Shown piece by piece: positions 22,455 to 35,149 of a DNA stretch of 64,000 nucleotides. The position numbers and the translations under genes were made by a program. Under the pieces are notes generated by a model that was not told the DNA's origin, searched no databases, and worked only from the letters and a program-made list of their open reading frames with translations. The DNA is taken from the NCBI GenBank assembly GCA_965225945.1, contig CBDDBZ010000036.1:160001-224000 (forward strand). Direction: 5' to 3'. The stretch is from Alphaproteobacteria bacterium (GTDB lineage: Bacteria > Pseudomonadota > Alphaproteobacteria > GCA-2731375). Numbering within the stretch: position 1 is the first letter of the stretch; the number at the start of each line of letters is the position of its first letter.

Positions 22455-22775
22455 ATGACCGAAGGCTTAGTGGTGATCCACCTGATCCTGGCGATCTCGA
22501 TCGTCGTGCTGGTCCTGCTGCAACGTAGCGAGGGCGGTGCTCTGGGCATCGGCGGCAGCGGCAACCTCGGCGGGTTGGTGAGCGGGCGGGCCGCCGGCAG
22601 CTTCTTGACCAAGGCGACGGCGGGAATGGCGGCGGGCTTTATGCTGACCTCGATGCTGTTGACGATCCTCGCCGGCAATACCGGGGAGCGGCGCTCGATC
22701 GCCGACGAAATCGAGGGTCGGGGCGCGAATCAGGAGGCGCCGGTCAGCGGGCCGCAGGTGCCGAAGAGCAAATAG
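22455..22775 (+). CDS. secG: Preprotein translocase subunit SecG
   Basis: LVLLQRSEGG.LG, two TM segments; between tpiA and pyrG. Confidence 0.93.
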   Translation: MTEGLVVIHLILAISIVVLVLLQRSEGGALGIGGSGNLGGLVSGRAAGSFLTKATAGMAAGFMLTSMLLTILAGNTGERRSIADEIEGRGANQEAPVSGPQVPKSK

Positions 22776-22797
22776 CACCCGAAAAAGGCGCTGAATT

Positions 22798-22870
22798 CCG
22801 GCATTCGTTCGCGACGATCACGGTTTTGCTTGGGTGGCCCGGCATTCGTTCGCGACGATCACGGTTTTGC

Positions 22871-22884
<14 letters not shown>
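22798..22884. repeat. Perfect 41-bp tandem duplication upstream of pyrG
   Basis: ccggcattcgttcgcgacgatcacggttttgcttgggtggc at 22798 and 22839, followed by ccggc. Confidence 0.95.
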
Positions 22885-24536
<1,652 letters not shown>

Positions 24537-24612
24537 GGACCACCGCCGTTCGTTTTGACAGCCGGCGAGGCCGACGTTAAGGAGGCGGGCGCTAGTGGAT
24601 AGAATCCACTAA

Positions 24613-25914
<1,302 letters not shown>

Positions 25915-25976
25915 GCGCCGAATCAAACCAGAACAAGGATTCCGAGGCGAAGCCGAGGGATATTTTTTACGATCGG

Positions 25977-27158
25977 CTAGCGGGGCTCGACCCTGAGGAT
26001 GCGTCCCTCGGCGGAATCGGTCAGCAGATAGAGGTAGCCGTCCGGGCCTTGGCGGACGTCGCGGATGCGCTCGTCGAGCCCTTGCAGCATGCGCTCCTCC
26101 GCCACGATCCTTTCGCCGTCGAGCGTGAGGCGCGCCACCAGTTGGTACTTGAGGGCGCCCACCAGCAGGTTGCCGCGCCACTTCGGAAACTTGTCGCCGG
26201 TATAGAAGGCCATGCCCGACGGCGCGATCGAGGGATCCCAATAGTAGATCGGTTGCTCGAGGCCGGCCTTGTGGGTGCCCTCGCCGATGCGGCCGCCCAA
26301 GTAGTGGCGGCCATAGGCGATCAGCGGCCAGCCGTAGTTCAGACCCGCCGCCGGCACGTTGATCTCGTCGCCGCCCCGGGCCCCATGCTCGTGAATCCAG
26401 AGCTTGCCGGTCTCTGGATGCAGGGCCGCGCCCTGCGGGTTGCGGTGGCCATAAGACCAGACCTCGGGTCGCCTGCCGGCCACGCCGACGAAGGGGTTGT
26501 CGGCCGGGATTTGGCCGTTGGGCCGGATGCGGATCACCTGCCCTCGGTTGATGGTGAAGTCCTGCGCCCGATCGCGCTCTCCCCGCTCGCCGATGGTGAT
26601 GAACAGGCCGCCGTCGCGCGCGAACACCAGGCGGGAGCCGAAGTGCACGCCACCGCCGCTTTTCGGAAGCTGGCGAAAAATCACTTTCAGTTCGCTCAAC
26701 CGATTACCGGCGAGATCCAGCCGCGCCCGGACCACCGCCGTGCCGGCCCCGCCGCGACCGGGCTCGGCATGGGAGAGATAGATCCAACGATTTCTCGGAA
26801 AGTCGGGATCGATCGCCACGTCCAGCATGCCGCCCTGACCGGAGGCGACGACGCGGGGCGCGCCGGCGAGCGGTGCTCCGAGCCGCCCGCGCGCGTCGAC
26901 CACGCGGACCGCTCCCTCGCGCTCCGTCACCACCATGGCGCCGCCGGGGAGGAAGGCCAGGCCCCAGGGATGATCCAGACCCTCGACCAGGGTGACGACG
27001 CCGAGGTCGTAATGCTCCGAGGTGAAGGTCTGTCCGCCGGCGCCGGACGCCGCCGGGAGTGTGGCGGCGAGAGCGGCGAGGAAGCGGGCCAGATGAACGC
27101 TTTGCAGCAAGCCCAGGGGCCTCGATTGGTGTGGCGAGTTCGAAGGCGCGCACATCAC
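25977..27158 (-). CDS. PQQ-dependent soluble aldose/sugar dehydrogenase (YliI/GSDH family)
   Basis: GLDHPWGLAF, GQGGMLDV, HFGSRL, YGHRNPQG and SIAPSG motifs. Start is uncertain. Confidence 0.88.
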   Translation of the reverse strand: MMCAPSNSPHQSRPLGLLQSVHLARFLAALAATLPAASGAGGQTFTSEHYDLGVVTLVEGLDHPWGLAFLPGGAMVVTEREGAVRVVDARGRLGAPLAGAPRVVASGQGGMLDVAIDPDFPRNRWIYLSHAEPGRGGAGTAVVRARLDLAGNRLSELKVIFRQLPKSGGGVHFGSRLVFARDGGLFITIGERGERDRAQDFTINRGQVIRIRPNGQIPADNPFVGVAGRRPEVWSYGHRNPQGAALHPETGKLWIHEHGARGGDEINVPAAGLNYGWPLIAYGRHYLGGRIGEGTHKAGLEQPIYYWDPSIAPSGMAFYTGDKFPKWRGNLLVGALKYQLVARLTLDGERIVAEERMLQGLDERIRDVRQGPDGYLYLLTDSAEGRILRVEPR

Positions 27159-27284
27159 GTCTCCTTCCCGGCTGGGGGAGGTCTGCGATTATTGTGGCAT
27201 CGACGCGTCCCGAACGCACCGCCGGCGTGCCCGGGCGGGGTGAAACCTATAGCATCGGGGCGGTCCATTCCCGGGAGGTGAGCC

Positions 27285-27797
27285 ATGATCCGACGCTGCG
27301 GCGAGGCGGACACCGAGCGGATCCTCGACATCATCAACGACGCGGCCGAGGCCTATCGCGGCCAGATACCCGAGGACTGCTTCCACGACCCCTACATGGG
27401 GGCGGGCGAGCTGGCGGCGGAAATCGCCGCCGGCATCGAGTTCCGGGGCTGGGAGGAGGCGGGGCGGCTCGTCGCGGTGATGGGTTTGCAGGCGGTTCGC
27501 GACGTTACCTTGATCCGCCATGCCTACGTCGCCACGGCGCTGCGGCGACGGGGCATCGGCAGCCAGTTGCTGAGGCGGTTGCTGGCGGAGTCCGAGACAC
27601 CGCTGCTGATCGGCACCTGGAGGGCGGCCACCTGGGCCATCGACTTCTATCTGAAGCACGGCTTCGAGGTGGCCTCGAGGGCGGAGACTCGCGATCTCCT
27701 GAAGCGCTATTGGACGGTGCCCGATCGCCAGATCGAGAGCTCGGTCGTGTTGGCGGCCGGGGGCTGGTTGGCTTTGAACCGAGGGGAAACGAGATGA
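27285..27797 (+). CDS. GNAT family N-acetyltransferase
   Basis: RHAYV...RRRGIG acetyl-CoA motif and AIDFY.KHGF. Confidence 0.88.
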   Translation: MIRRCGEADTERILDIINDAAEAYRGQIPEDCFHDPYMGAGELAAEIAAGIEFRGWEEAGRLVAVMGLQAVRDVTLIRHAYVATALRRRGIGSQLLRRLLAESETPLLIGTWRAATWAIDFYLKHGFEVASRAETRDLLKRYWTVPDRQIESSVVLAAGGWLALNRGETR

Positions 27798-29011
27798 GCG
27801 ACATTTTCGAACGCCTGGGCGTGGCGACCATCGTCAACGCCAAGGGCACGTCGACCCGGCTGAGCGGCGCCATCCTGTCGCCCGAGGTGGCCGAGGCGAT
27901 GCGCCAGGCCTCGACCTCTTGCGTCGAGATGACCCAATTACAGGCCCGGGCGAGCGAGATCATCGCCGAGGCGACGGGGGCCGAGGCGGGCTACGTCACG
28001 TCGGGCGCGGCGGCCGGCCTGCTGCTCGGCACGGCGGCGGCGGTCACCGGTCTCGATCCGGCGCGGATGAACCGGCTGCCCGATACCACCGGCATGGCGA
28101 ACCAGGTTGTGGTGGCGCGAAGCCACCGCAACTTCTACGACCATGCGGTACGAACCGTGGGCGTCGAGCTGGTCGAGGTCGGGCTCGCCGATCGCTTCGC
28201 CGGCGCGGGCGTCCGCGACACCGAGGCATGGGAGATCGCCGAGGCGATCGGCGAGCGGACGGCGGCGGTGCTCTATGTCGCCCAGCCGCATGCGCGGCCC
28301 TCGCTGGCGGAGGTGGCGGCGGCGGCGCATGGCAAGGGTGTTCCGGTGATCGTCGACGCGGCCGGGCAACTGCCGCCGGCGGCCAACCTCACCCGCTTCC
28401 TCGCCGAGGGCGCGGACCTGGTGGCGTTCAGCGGCGGCAAGGCGCTAGGCGGGCCGCAATGTTCCGGCATCCTGGCCGGCCGCCGCGATCTGATCCAGGC
28501 GGCGGCGCTGCAGAACCTCGACACCGACATCTTCTTCGAACAGTGGAATCCGCCGCCCGGTTTCCTCGACAAGTCTCGCCTGCCGGGGCTGCCACAGCAT
28601 GGAATCGGCCGACCCTGCAAGGTCGGGCGCGAGGAGGTGGTGGGCTTGCTGACGGCGCTCGGCCAATTCATCGAGGAGGGCGACGAGGCCCGCGCTCGGG
28701 TCTGGACGGCGACGGCCGAAGCCCTGCGCGACGCCCTCGCCGGCACGCCCTCGGCGGAGATCACGCTGGTGGCGGACAGCTATCGCCCCGGCATGGCGGG
28801 CGTCGTGCTCAAACTGGACGAAGCGGCGGCCGGCATGAGCGCGATGGATCTGCTGTGTCGCCTGCAGGATGGCGAGCCGGGCGTGCATGTCGACAACGCG
28901 CGGGTCCATGACGGCGTCATCGGCTTCGCGCCGGTTTGCCTCCGCCCCGGCGACATCGAGATCATCGCGCGCCGCGTCGGGGAGGAACTGGGCCGGAACT
29001 GGCGCCCTTAG
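27794..29011 (+). CDS. SelA-like/DgaE-family PLP-dependent enzyme
   Basis: VNAKGTSTRLSG, VIVDAA and FSGGKALGGPQ (PLP lysine), KVGRE. It lacks the SelA N-terminal tRNA-binding extension. Confidence 0.8.
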   Translation: MSDIFERLGVATIVNAKGTSTRLSGAILSPEVAEAMRQASTSCVEMTQLQARASEIIAEATGAEAGYVTSGAAAGLLLGTAAAVTGLDPARMNRLPDTTGMANQVVVARSHRNFYDHAVRTVGVELVEVGLADRFAGAGVRDTEAWEIAEAIGERTAAVLYVAQPHARPSLAEVAAAAHGKGVPVIVDAAGQLPPAANLTRFLAEGADLVAFSGGKALGGPQCSGILAGRRDLIQAAALQNLDTDIFFEQWNPPPGFLDKSRLPGLPQHGIGRPCKVGREEVVGLLTALGQFIEEGDEARARVWTATAEALRDALAGTPSAEITLVADSYRPGMAGVVLKLDEAAAGMSAMDLLCRLQDGEPGVHVDNARVHDGVIGFAPVCLRPGDIEIIARRVGEELGRNWRP

Positions 29012-29278
29012 CCCGCATTTCTCACCGTGCCCACGGCCTCAGTCGACCTGGGCCGAGTCGATCGCCGAGGAGAAAGCCTGAAAGCGTAGCGGGGCCTACG
29101 GTGAAGGCCTTCGACACGGCGGGCGGCCGGCCCAGGTCGACCCCCTGGGCGTCGCTGTCGGCCCGACAGGGTGCGTCGCGCCGCTTGCCCGATGCGCCCC
29201 CGCATCGCGCGGCGCGGCGCTCCTGCCCTGTCGGGCCGACAGCGACGCTGAGGCCATGGGCACGGTGAGAAATGCGGG
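29012..29278. mobile_element. MITE family A, copy 1 (267 bp)
   Basis: About 30-bp terminal inverted repeat cccgcatttctcaccgtgccca.ggcctcag, TTAG/CTAG flanks, internal nested inverted repeats; near-identical to 47710-47975. Confidence 0.9.
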
Positions 29279-29291
29279 CTAGCCTTCGTAG

Positions 29292-29759
29292 TCAGAAGAT
29301 CCCGGCCTCCAGTCCGGCCGCCATCAGCGTTCCGATCTCCTCGCACTGCGCGACGAAGGCCTCTTGCCATGCGCCCCGACAGATCAGCGGCTCGGCGACG
29401 GCGCGCCATCTGAGGCCGGTGACGATGGCCTCGACCCCGCGCCGGGTGCCGGTGCCGTCATGGCCCGCCCGGATATAGAGCGCGTAGGCCAAGCCCTGCG
29501 TCTCCTCCAGGCAGGGGTAGTAGGCACGATCGAAGAAGTCCTTCAGCGCCCCGCTCATGTAGCCGAGGTTCTCGGTCGTGCCGAGGATGATGGCATCGGC
29601 CGCGAGGACGTCGTCGGGACCGGCGTCGAACGGCGCCCGTAGCACCACCTCGACGCCGGCGATATCGCGATGCCGCGCGCCGCGCGCCACCGCCTCGCGC
29701 AAACGGACCGTGTTCTCGGACGGTCCGTGCGCGACGATCAGCAGTCGGCGCTCGGCCAC
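29292..29759 (-). CDS. Flavodoxin-like NAD(P)H-dependent oxidoreductase
   Basis: GTTENLGYMSGALKDFFDR and AGHDGTG motifs. Confidence 0.85.
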   Translation of the reverse strand: MAERRLLIVAHGPSENTVRLREAVARGARHRDIAGVEVVLRAPFDAGPDDVLAADAIILGTTENLGYMSGALKDFFDRAYYPCLEETQGLAYALYIRAGHDGTGTRRGVEAIVTGLRWRAVAEPLICRGAWQEAFVAQCEEIGTLMAAGLEAGIF

Positions 29760-29789
29760 CGGTCTCGAAGCCTCGCGCCTCGCCCGGCG

Positions 29790-30104
29790 CTACCTGATCG
29801 GCGAGAAGGGGGCTGGGATCAGGATCCGGCTCTTCTGGCTCTTGATCCAGGTCCGCACCTTGGAGACGTAGCCGAGCCACTGTTTATTCTCGAACAGCCG
29901 CGCACGCCGGCTGGCTCGGTCGTTCAGGTCCGTATAGCCCCACATGTGGATCAGCAGGTTCAGATCGCCGATGTCGGTGGTGAAATAGCCGACCATGTTG
30001 CCCAGGATCTCCTTCTGGACCTTCATGCCCTCGGCCTCGTAGAGCGCCAACATCTCCGCCAGCTTGCCGACCTCAATCTCGTAAATCCGTTCCTCGACGA
30101 TCAT
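29790..30104 (-). CDS. NIPSNAP family protein
   Basis: MIVEERIY, GYFTTDIGDLN...HMWGY..L.DR..RR and L.PAPFSP; 104 aa. Confidence 0.9.
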   Translation of the reverse strand: MIVEERIYEIEVGKLAEMLALYEAEGMKVQKEILGNMVGYFTTDIGDLNLLIHMWGYTDLNDRASRRARLFENKQWLGYVSKVRTWIKSQKSRILIPAPFSPIR

Positions 30105-30176
30105 CGTGGCTCTCCTCCCCTGGTTTCTCCGGGCGCCAGTCTAGCGGTCGAGCGTGGCGGCGGGAAAGCCGTTGGT

Positions 30177-31499
30177 TCAATCGTAGCCGAGCAGCACCCG
30201 GGGCAGCCAGAGCGTCAGCTCGGGAAACCACATCACCAGGCCCAGCACCGCGAAGTGCAGCGCGATGAACGGCGTCACGCCGCGATACATGTCGAGCAGG
30301 GTGATTTCCGGCGGCGAGATCGCGCGGAGATAGAAGATCGCGCCCGCCATCGGCGGGGTCAGCAGGCTCGTCTGCATCATGATCAGTAGGAGAATCGCGA
30401 ACCAGACCGTGTCGAAGCCGAAGCCGACCATCAGCGGAATCGCCAAGGGCACGATGATCAACATGATCGTGATGAGGTCGAGGATGAAGCCGGCGACGAA
30501 GGTGATCAGCAGGATCATCCAGAGCGTGCCCCAGGCGCCGAGCCCGAGGCCGCCCATCAGCGCCTCGATCCGCGCCAGGCCGCCGGCGGCGGCGAAGACG
30601 CCGCCGAACATGGTGCCGCCGACGACGATGGTCAGAATCATCGCCGTGATGGTGATGGTCTTCACCATCGCCTGCTTCAGCACCGCGTGCGAATAAGTGC
30701 GGTAGACGAGGGTCAGTATCACACTGCCGGCGGCACCCACGGCCGCGGCCTCGGTCGGCACCGCGACCGCGAAGATGATGGAGCCGAGAACACCGGCGAT
30801 CAGTGCCAGCGGCGGCACGAAGGCGACCAGCGTGATGACCAGCTTCTGGACGAAACTGGGCTCGTCGGTGGCCCGGGGCAGGCTCGGGCCCGCCGAGGGT
30901 TGGAGCGTGCAGCGGGTCAGGATGTAGATGATGTAGAGCCCCGCCAGGCTCAGCCCCGGCAGCAGCATCGCCGCGAACAGGTCGCCGATGCCGAGATCGG
31001 CGATCGTCGCCAGGATCACCACCAGGACCGAGGGGGGGATGATCGAGCCGAGCGAGCCGCCGGCGCAGATCGTGCCGGAAATAAGGTCGTTGTCGTAGCC
31101 GTGGCGCAGCATCACCGGGATCGCGAGCATGCCGACCACGGTTTCGGTCGCGCCGACGACGCCGCTGGAGGCGGCGAAGACCACGCACATCACAATCGTG
31201 GCGACGGCGAGCCCGCCGGGCAGGCGCCGGGTCCAGAGGTGGATCGCCTCGAACAGGCGGTTGGCGATGCCGGAGCGCTCCAGCATCGCGCCCATGAAGA
31301 TGAACAGCGGCGCGGCCGCCAGGATATGCGAGGAGGAGATGTCCTGGACCTTGTGGGCGAACATGGTGACCACGCTGTCGCCCAGCACCGCGAGGCCAAA
31401 GACGAAGGCGACCGCCATCAATCCGAAGGCGACGGGCACGCCGAGCAAGATCACCCCCAGCAAGACCGGAAACATCCAGAGCGCGAGGGCGCCGCTCAT
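30177..31499 (-). CDS. dctM: TRAP transporter large permease
   Basis: APLFIFMG, GSLGSIIPPS, PTEAA and LLTPPM motifs. Confidence 0.92.
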   Translation of the reverse strand: MSGALALWMFPVLLGVILLGVPVAFGLMAVAFVFGLAVLGDSVVTMFAHKVQDISSSHILAAAPLFIFMGAMLERSGIANRLFEAIHLWTRRLPGGLAVATIVMCVVFAASSGVVGATETVVGMLAIPVMLRHGYDNDLISGTICAGGSLGSIIPPSVLVVILATIADLGIGDLFAAMLLPGLSLAGLYIIYILTRCTLQPSAGPSLPRATDEPSFVQKLVITLVAFVPPLALIAGVLGSIIFAVAVPTEAAAVGAAGSVILTLVYRTYSHAVLKQAMVKTITITAMILTIVVGGTMFGGVFAAAGGLARIEALMGGLGLGAWGTLWMILLITFVAGFILDLITIMLIIVPLAIPLMVGFGFDTVWFAILLLIMMQTSLLTPPMAGAIFYLRAISPPEITLLDMYRGVTPFIALHFAVLGLVMWFPELTLWLPRVLLGYD

Positions 31500-32011
31500 G
31501 GGGCGTCGCTGGCCTTGTCGTGGCCGAGGACGACGCGGCCGCGCTTCACGATCTCGGCCACGATCTGCAGGGCGAACATCGCGAAGCCGAAGCCGACCAC
31601 CGCGTGGAGCGGCCAGATCACCGGGTTCCAGGCGCTCTCGCCCGAGACCTCGCCGACGGCGAAGGCGGTCCAGGCGATCTCGAGCAGGCGCCAGGTCAAC
31701 CACCCGACCACCGGCAGCAGAAAGCCGACATGGAGCACCAGGTCGATGCCCGCGCGCAGGCGCCGGGGGAAGCGGGCATGCAGGAAGTCGATGCGGACAT
31801 GCGCGTCCTCGCGCAGCACGTAGGCGACGCCGAGCGCGTAATGCGCGCCGGTCATCATGTAGGCGAGTTCGTAGGCCCAGAAGGTCGGCAGATCGAAGAA
31901 GAAGCGCGCCACCACCTCGTAGACCATGACGGTGAAGAGAGGCAGCACGAGACAGGCGCCGCCGAAGCCGACGGCGCCCGTCAAACGATCCATCAGGCGC
32001 ACCAAACCCAT
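31496..32011 (-). CDS. dctQ: TRAP transporter small permease
   Basis: Four TM segments, YEVVARF, W.YEL and HVRID; overlaps the dctM start. Confidence 0.92.
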   Translation of the reverse strand: MGLVRLMDRLTGAVGFGGACLVLPLFTVMVYEVVARFFFDLPTFWAYELAYMMTGAHYALGVAYVLREDAHVRIDFLHARFPRRLRAGIDLVLHVGFLLPVVGWLTWRLLEIAWTAFAVGEVSGESAWNPVIWPLHAVVGFGFAMFALQIVAEIVKRGRVVLGHDKASDAP

Positions 32012-32088
32012 CGCCCGCGCCTTCCCCTGGTCCCGCCGGCCGCCAGCCGTTAAGCAGGAGGATCATCGATTACGCTTGGGAGGAAGTC

Positions 32089-32433
32089 ATGGAAATTCTA
32101 CGTTTGAGCGGACATGCGATAGGCCGCAACCGAGCCGTCGCCCACGGCGATCTGGTCTTCACCGTGGCGACGGCGGGCGATGCCGGCCCGGACCTCGCGG
32201 CCCAGACGGTGGCGGCGCTGGCCCTGATCGAACGGAGTCTCATCGAGGCCGGCAGCGACAAGACCAAGCTCCTGCAAGCCACCGTCTACGTCACCGAAAT
32301 CTCGCGCAAGGCGGAGATGGACGAGGTCTGGAACGAATGGATCGGGCCGGACAACTGGCCGCAACGGGCCTGTATCGGCGTCGATTTGGCGCCGGGCGAC
32401 TTGGTCGAGATCGTGGTGATCGCTTCTCGTTGA
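32089..32433 (+). CDS. RidA family protein (YoaB-like)
   Basis: AGSDK..LL.ATVY, MDEVW..W, P.RAC and VEI motifs. Confidence 0.9.
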   Translation: MEILRLSGHAIGRNRAVAHGDLVFTVATAGDAGPDLAAQTVAALALIERSLIEAGSDKTKLLQATVYVTEISRKAEMDEVWNEWIGPDNWPQRACIGVDLAPGDLVEIVVIASR

Positions 32434-32436
32434 GCT

Positions 32437-33111
32437 CTAGTCGCGCGTGCGGGTGTTCAGCACGCGGATCGCGGCGGCCGCGGCCGCGAACCCCGAGTCG
32501 ATGTTGACCACGACGACCCCGGGAGCGCAGCTCGCCAAGGCCGAGGCGAGCGCTGTCTCGCCGCCGCGCGCCGCGCCGTATCCGGTCGAGCTCGGCACCG
32601 CGATCACCACGCCCCCCACCAGGCCGCCGAGGACGCTGAAGAGCGCGCCGTCCATGCCGGCGACGACGATCAGCACCGGAAAGCGGCGAAGCTCCTCCAG
32701 CCGCGCCTCGAGGCGCCACAGGCCAGCGACGCCGATGTCGCCGATTATCGTGCTGGCGAGGCCATGAAAGGCGAGGGTCCGGGCCGCTTCGCCCGCGATC
32801 CCCAGGTCGGAGGTTCCGGCCGTCACCACGGCGAGGGCGGGGGCCCCGTCCGGCGCCGTCCAGGGACCGAGGATGGCAGTCCGCGACAAGGGGTCGTAGT
32901 CGAGCCCGCCCGCCGCCGGGCCCAGCGCCTCGAGCGCCGCCGGCGCCAGCCGGGTCAGCAGCAAGGGGGTGCCGCGAGCCTCGGCGGCCCGGATCGAGCG
33001 GGCGATCTGGTCCGTCGTCTTGCCGGCCGCCAGCACCGCTTCCGCGATACCGATCCGCCCGCTCCGCGCGACATCGAAGGTCAGTCCCGGATCGCCGCCG
33101 TCAGCCGCCAT
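32437..33111 (-). CDS. larB: Nickel-pincer cofactor biosynthesis protein LarB
   Basis: GKT, AGTSD, DIGVAGLWRL, AGMDGAL, PSSTGYG and VVNIDSGF motifs. Confidence 0.93.
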   Translation of the reverse strand: MAADGGDPGLTFDVARSGRIGIAEAVLAAGKTTDQIARSIRAAEARGTPLLLTRLAPAALEALGPAAGGLDYDPLSRTAILGPWTAPDGAPALAVVTAGTSDLGIAGEAARTLAFHGLASTIIGDIGVAGLWRLEARLEELRRFPVLIVVAGMDGALFSVLGGLVGGVVIAVPSSTGYGAARGGETALASALASCAPGVVVVNIDSGFAAAAAAIRVLNTRTRD

Positions 33112-33925
33112 CGCCGTCGGGCCTGAGAAAGGCGCTGCCGCGCCGGTAGGGTCGATATTCCGGCGCCGAGCCTGCCGTCAAGTCCCGGCAGAGCGCGCTG
33201 ATTCGTTCGCGAAGGCTGGCGCCCGCCGGCCCGCTGGCGGCCTCGAGGCTGGCCTCGTCGAGCTCGATGCGGACGCCGTCGGCCAGGATCCGGCAGCGCG
33301 CGGTCGCCGGCCTCAGCGCCTCGACGAGCGCGCGCTCCACGGCATGGACCACGGCGAGCCGCGCCGCCGTGACCCGGGTTCCGGTCTCCAGCCGGCTGGA
33401 AAGGCAGGGTGCCGCCGGCAGCTCGGCGATGTCGTCCAATCCCAGGTGCCGGGCGATGGCGCGCACCGTCGCCTTGTCGATGCCCGCCTCGACGAAGGGA
33501 TGGCGCACGTCGTGCTCCTCGGCCGCGATCAGCCCCGGGCGGTAATCGCCCAGATCGTCGGTGTTGGTGCCGGAAGCGATCGTCGCCTCGGTCTTGGCCG
33601 CGATCGTGCCGTAGAGGTTGGCCTTGCAGAAGAAGCAGCGATTGTGCGGGTTGGCGAGGTAGTCGGGATCGTGGAATTCGCCCGCGTCGATCACCTGGAG
33701 GCGCCAGCCGAAACGCGCGGCGTGACGGCGCACGCGCGCCGTGGCCTCGGGCGGCACGGCCGGCGAGGTCGCGTGATAGACGGTGGCGGCCTTCGACGCC
33801 GCGCCCCGGTGGGCGACGTGGGCCAGCGTCAGGCTGTCGACCCCGCCGCTGACGGCGAGCGCCAGCGGCCCCGCCAGGCGGGCCTGCAATTCCTCGAGGG
33901 CCAGATGGTCAGCCATGGCGGTCAT
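33101..33925 (-). CDS. larE: LarE-family ATP-dependent sulfur transferase
   Basis: PP-loop SGGVDS, NRCFFCK, GTNTDDLGDYRPG and PCLSSR; lies between larC and larB. Confidence 0.88.
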   Translation of the reverse strand: MTAMADHLALEELQARLAGPLALAVSGGVDSLTLAHVAHRGAASKAATVYHATSPAVPPEATARVRRHAARFGWRLQVIDAGEFHDPDYLANPHNRCFFCKANLYGTIAAKTEATIASGTNTDDLGDYRPGLIAAEEHDVRHPFVEAGIDKATVRAIARHLGLDDIAELPAAPCLSSRLETGTRVTAARLAVVHAVERALVEALRPATARCRILADGVRIELDEASLEAASGPAGASLRERISALCRDLTAGSAPEYRPYRRGSAFLRPDGDGG

Positions 33926-35130
33926 CCATCCTCGTCCTCCAGTGCGGCCCGTTCGGCCTCCAGGCGGGCTCGTACCCGTTCGTCGTGGCCGCCGACGCGC
34001 GCGGCGACGGCGTCGATCTCGGCCTTGGCGCTTCGGCCAGCCTCGCCCCGATCTACCACCTTCACCGGGATCGCGCCATCCTCGCCCGGCACCGTCCGGC
34101 TCACTCGGGGGAGCACGATGCGTTGCTCGACGCGCCAACGAAGTCCGATCGTCGTGGTCTCGGCGAAGCAGGCCTCGGCGATTCGCTCCCGGCGAGCGGG
34201 CTCTGCGAGGATTTGGACCGAGGTGGCGAGGCGCCCTTTCTTCGTCAGCGTCGCGGTCTGGCGGACATCGAGCACGCCCGGCAGCGCCCTCAAGCGGTCG
34301 AGCCCCAGCGCCAAATCCTCCGCCGTCTGGTCGTCGACCTCGAAGGAGAGCACGGCCACGGCGGCGCCGAGGGGTCGCTGGTTCGCGCCGGCGAAGGCGA
34401 TGGCCCTCAGCACGTTGGAGAGGCCGGGGAGGCGGCGGCTGCCGAAGCCGGTGCCTTCCCCCACCAGTGTCGTCGTTCCGGCGACGGCGCGCGCGGGCGC
34501 CAGATGGCGCAGGATCGCGGCGCCGGTCGGCGTCACCCGTTCGCCGGGGACGCCGTCGTCGAGCACCGCGAAGCCCTGGAGCAACGTTGCCGTCGCCGGC
34601 GCGGGGATGGGGAGGGGGCCGTGTGCCGTCGCCACGCGCCCAGCGCCGAGCGGCAGCGGCGATACCGACCAGCCGGGCGCGCCCAGCGCCTCGACCAGCC
34701 AGGCGGCGCCGACGATATCGGCGATCGAATCCCAATCGGCGATCTCGTGGAAATGCACCTCGTCGACCGCAACGCCGTGGACTTCCGCCTCCGCCTCGGC
34801 CAGCAGGGTGAAAATCCGAACCGCGCGTTTTGCCACTTCGGGCGCGAGGTCGGCCGCCTCTATCCGCGCGCGAATTCCGGCGAAGGCGCCCGTCGGGCGC
34901 GACTTGCCGCTTGGCGGGGCTGAGATGGCGACCCGGGTTCCGCTGAGCGTTCCGTCGCCATGGCGCTCGATGGTGACCGTCCAGTCCGCCGGCAGCCCCG
35001 CCCGGCGCATGGCCTCGATGCAGCCTTCGGCGAATTCCGGGCACAGGTCCAAGAGTGCTGCGAGAAACATGTCGCCGCTGGCGCCGCCGAGGGCGTCGAG
35101 ATGGACATGGTCGATCGTCGGGCTCGCCAT
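33922..35130 (-). CDS. larC: Nickel insertion protein LarC
   Basis: GASGDM, EAEVHG..VHFHE..DSIADIV, PAPAT, TPTGAA, KKGR and ETTTIG.R motifs. Confidence 0.93.
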   Translation of the reverse strand: MASPTIDHVHLDALGGASGDMFLAALLDLCPEFAEGCIEAMRRAGLPADWTVTIERHGDGTLSGTRVAISAPPSGKSRPTGAFAGIRARIEAADLAPEVAKRAVRIFTLLAEAEAEVHGVAVDEVHFHEIADWDSIADIVGAAWLVEALGAPGWSVSPLPLGAGRVATAHGPLPIPAPATATLLQGFAVLDDGVPGERVTPTGAAILRHLAPARAVAGTTTLVGEGTGFGSRRLPGLSNVLRAIAFAGANQRPLGAAVAVLSFEVDDQTAEDLALGLDRLRALPGVLDVRQTATLTKKGRLATSVQILAEPARRERIAEACFAETTTIGLRWRVEQRIVLPRVSRTVPGEDGAIPVKVVDRGEAGRSAKAEIDAVAARVGGHDERVRARLEAERAALEDEDG

Positions 35131-35149
35131 CGCCTCGATTCCGCTGCTG

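Noticed and set aside
24555-24583. TTGACA upstream of eno
   Set aside because: No convincing -10 at 16-18 nt spacing, so it is not called as a promoter.
27794-29011. Selenocysteine synthase selA
   Set aside because: It lacks the SelA N-terminal domain and has no selB, selC or selD nearby; a SelA-like PLP enzyme fits better.
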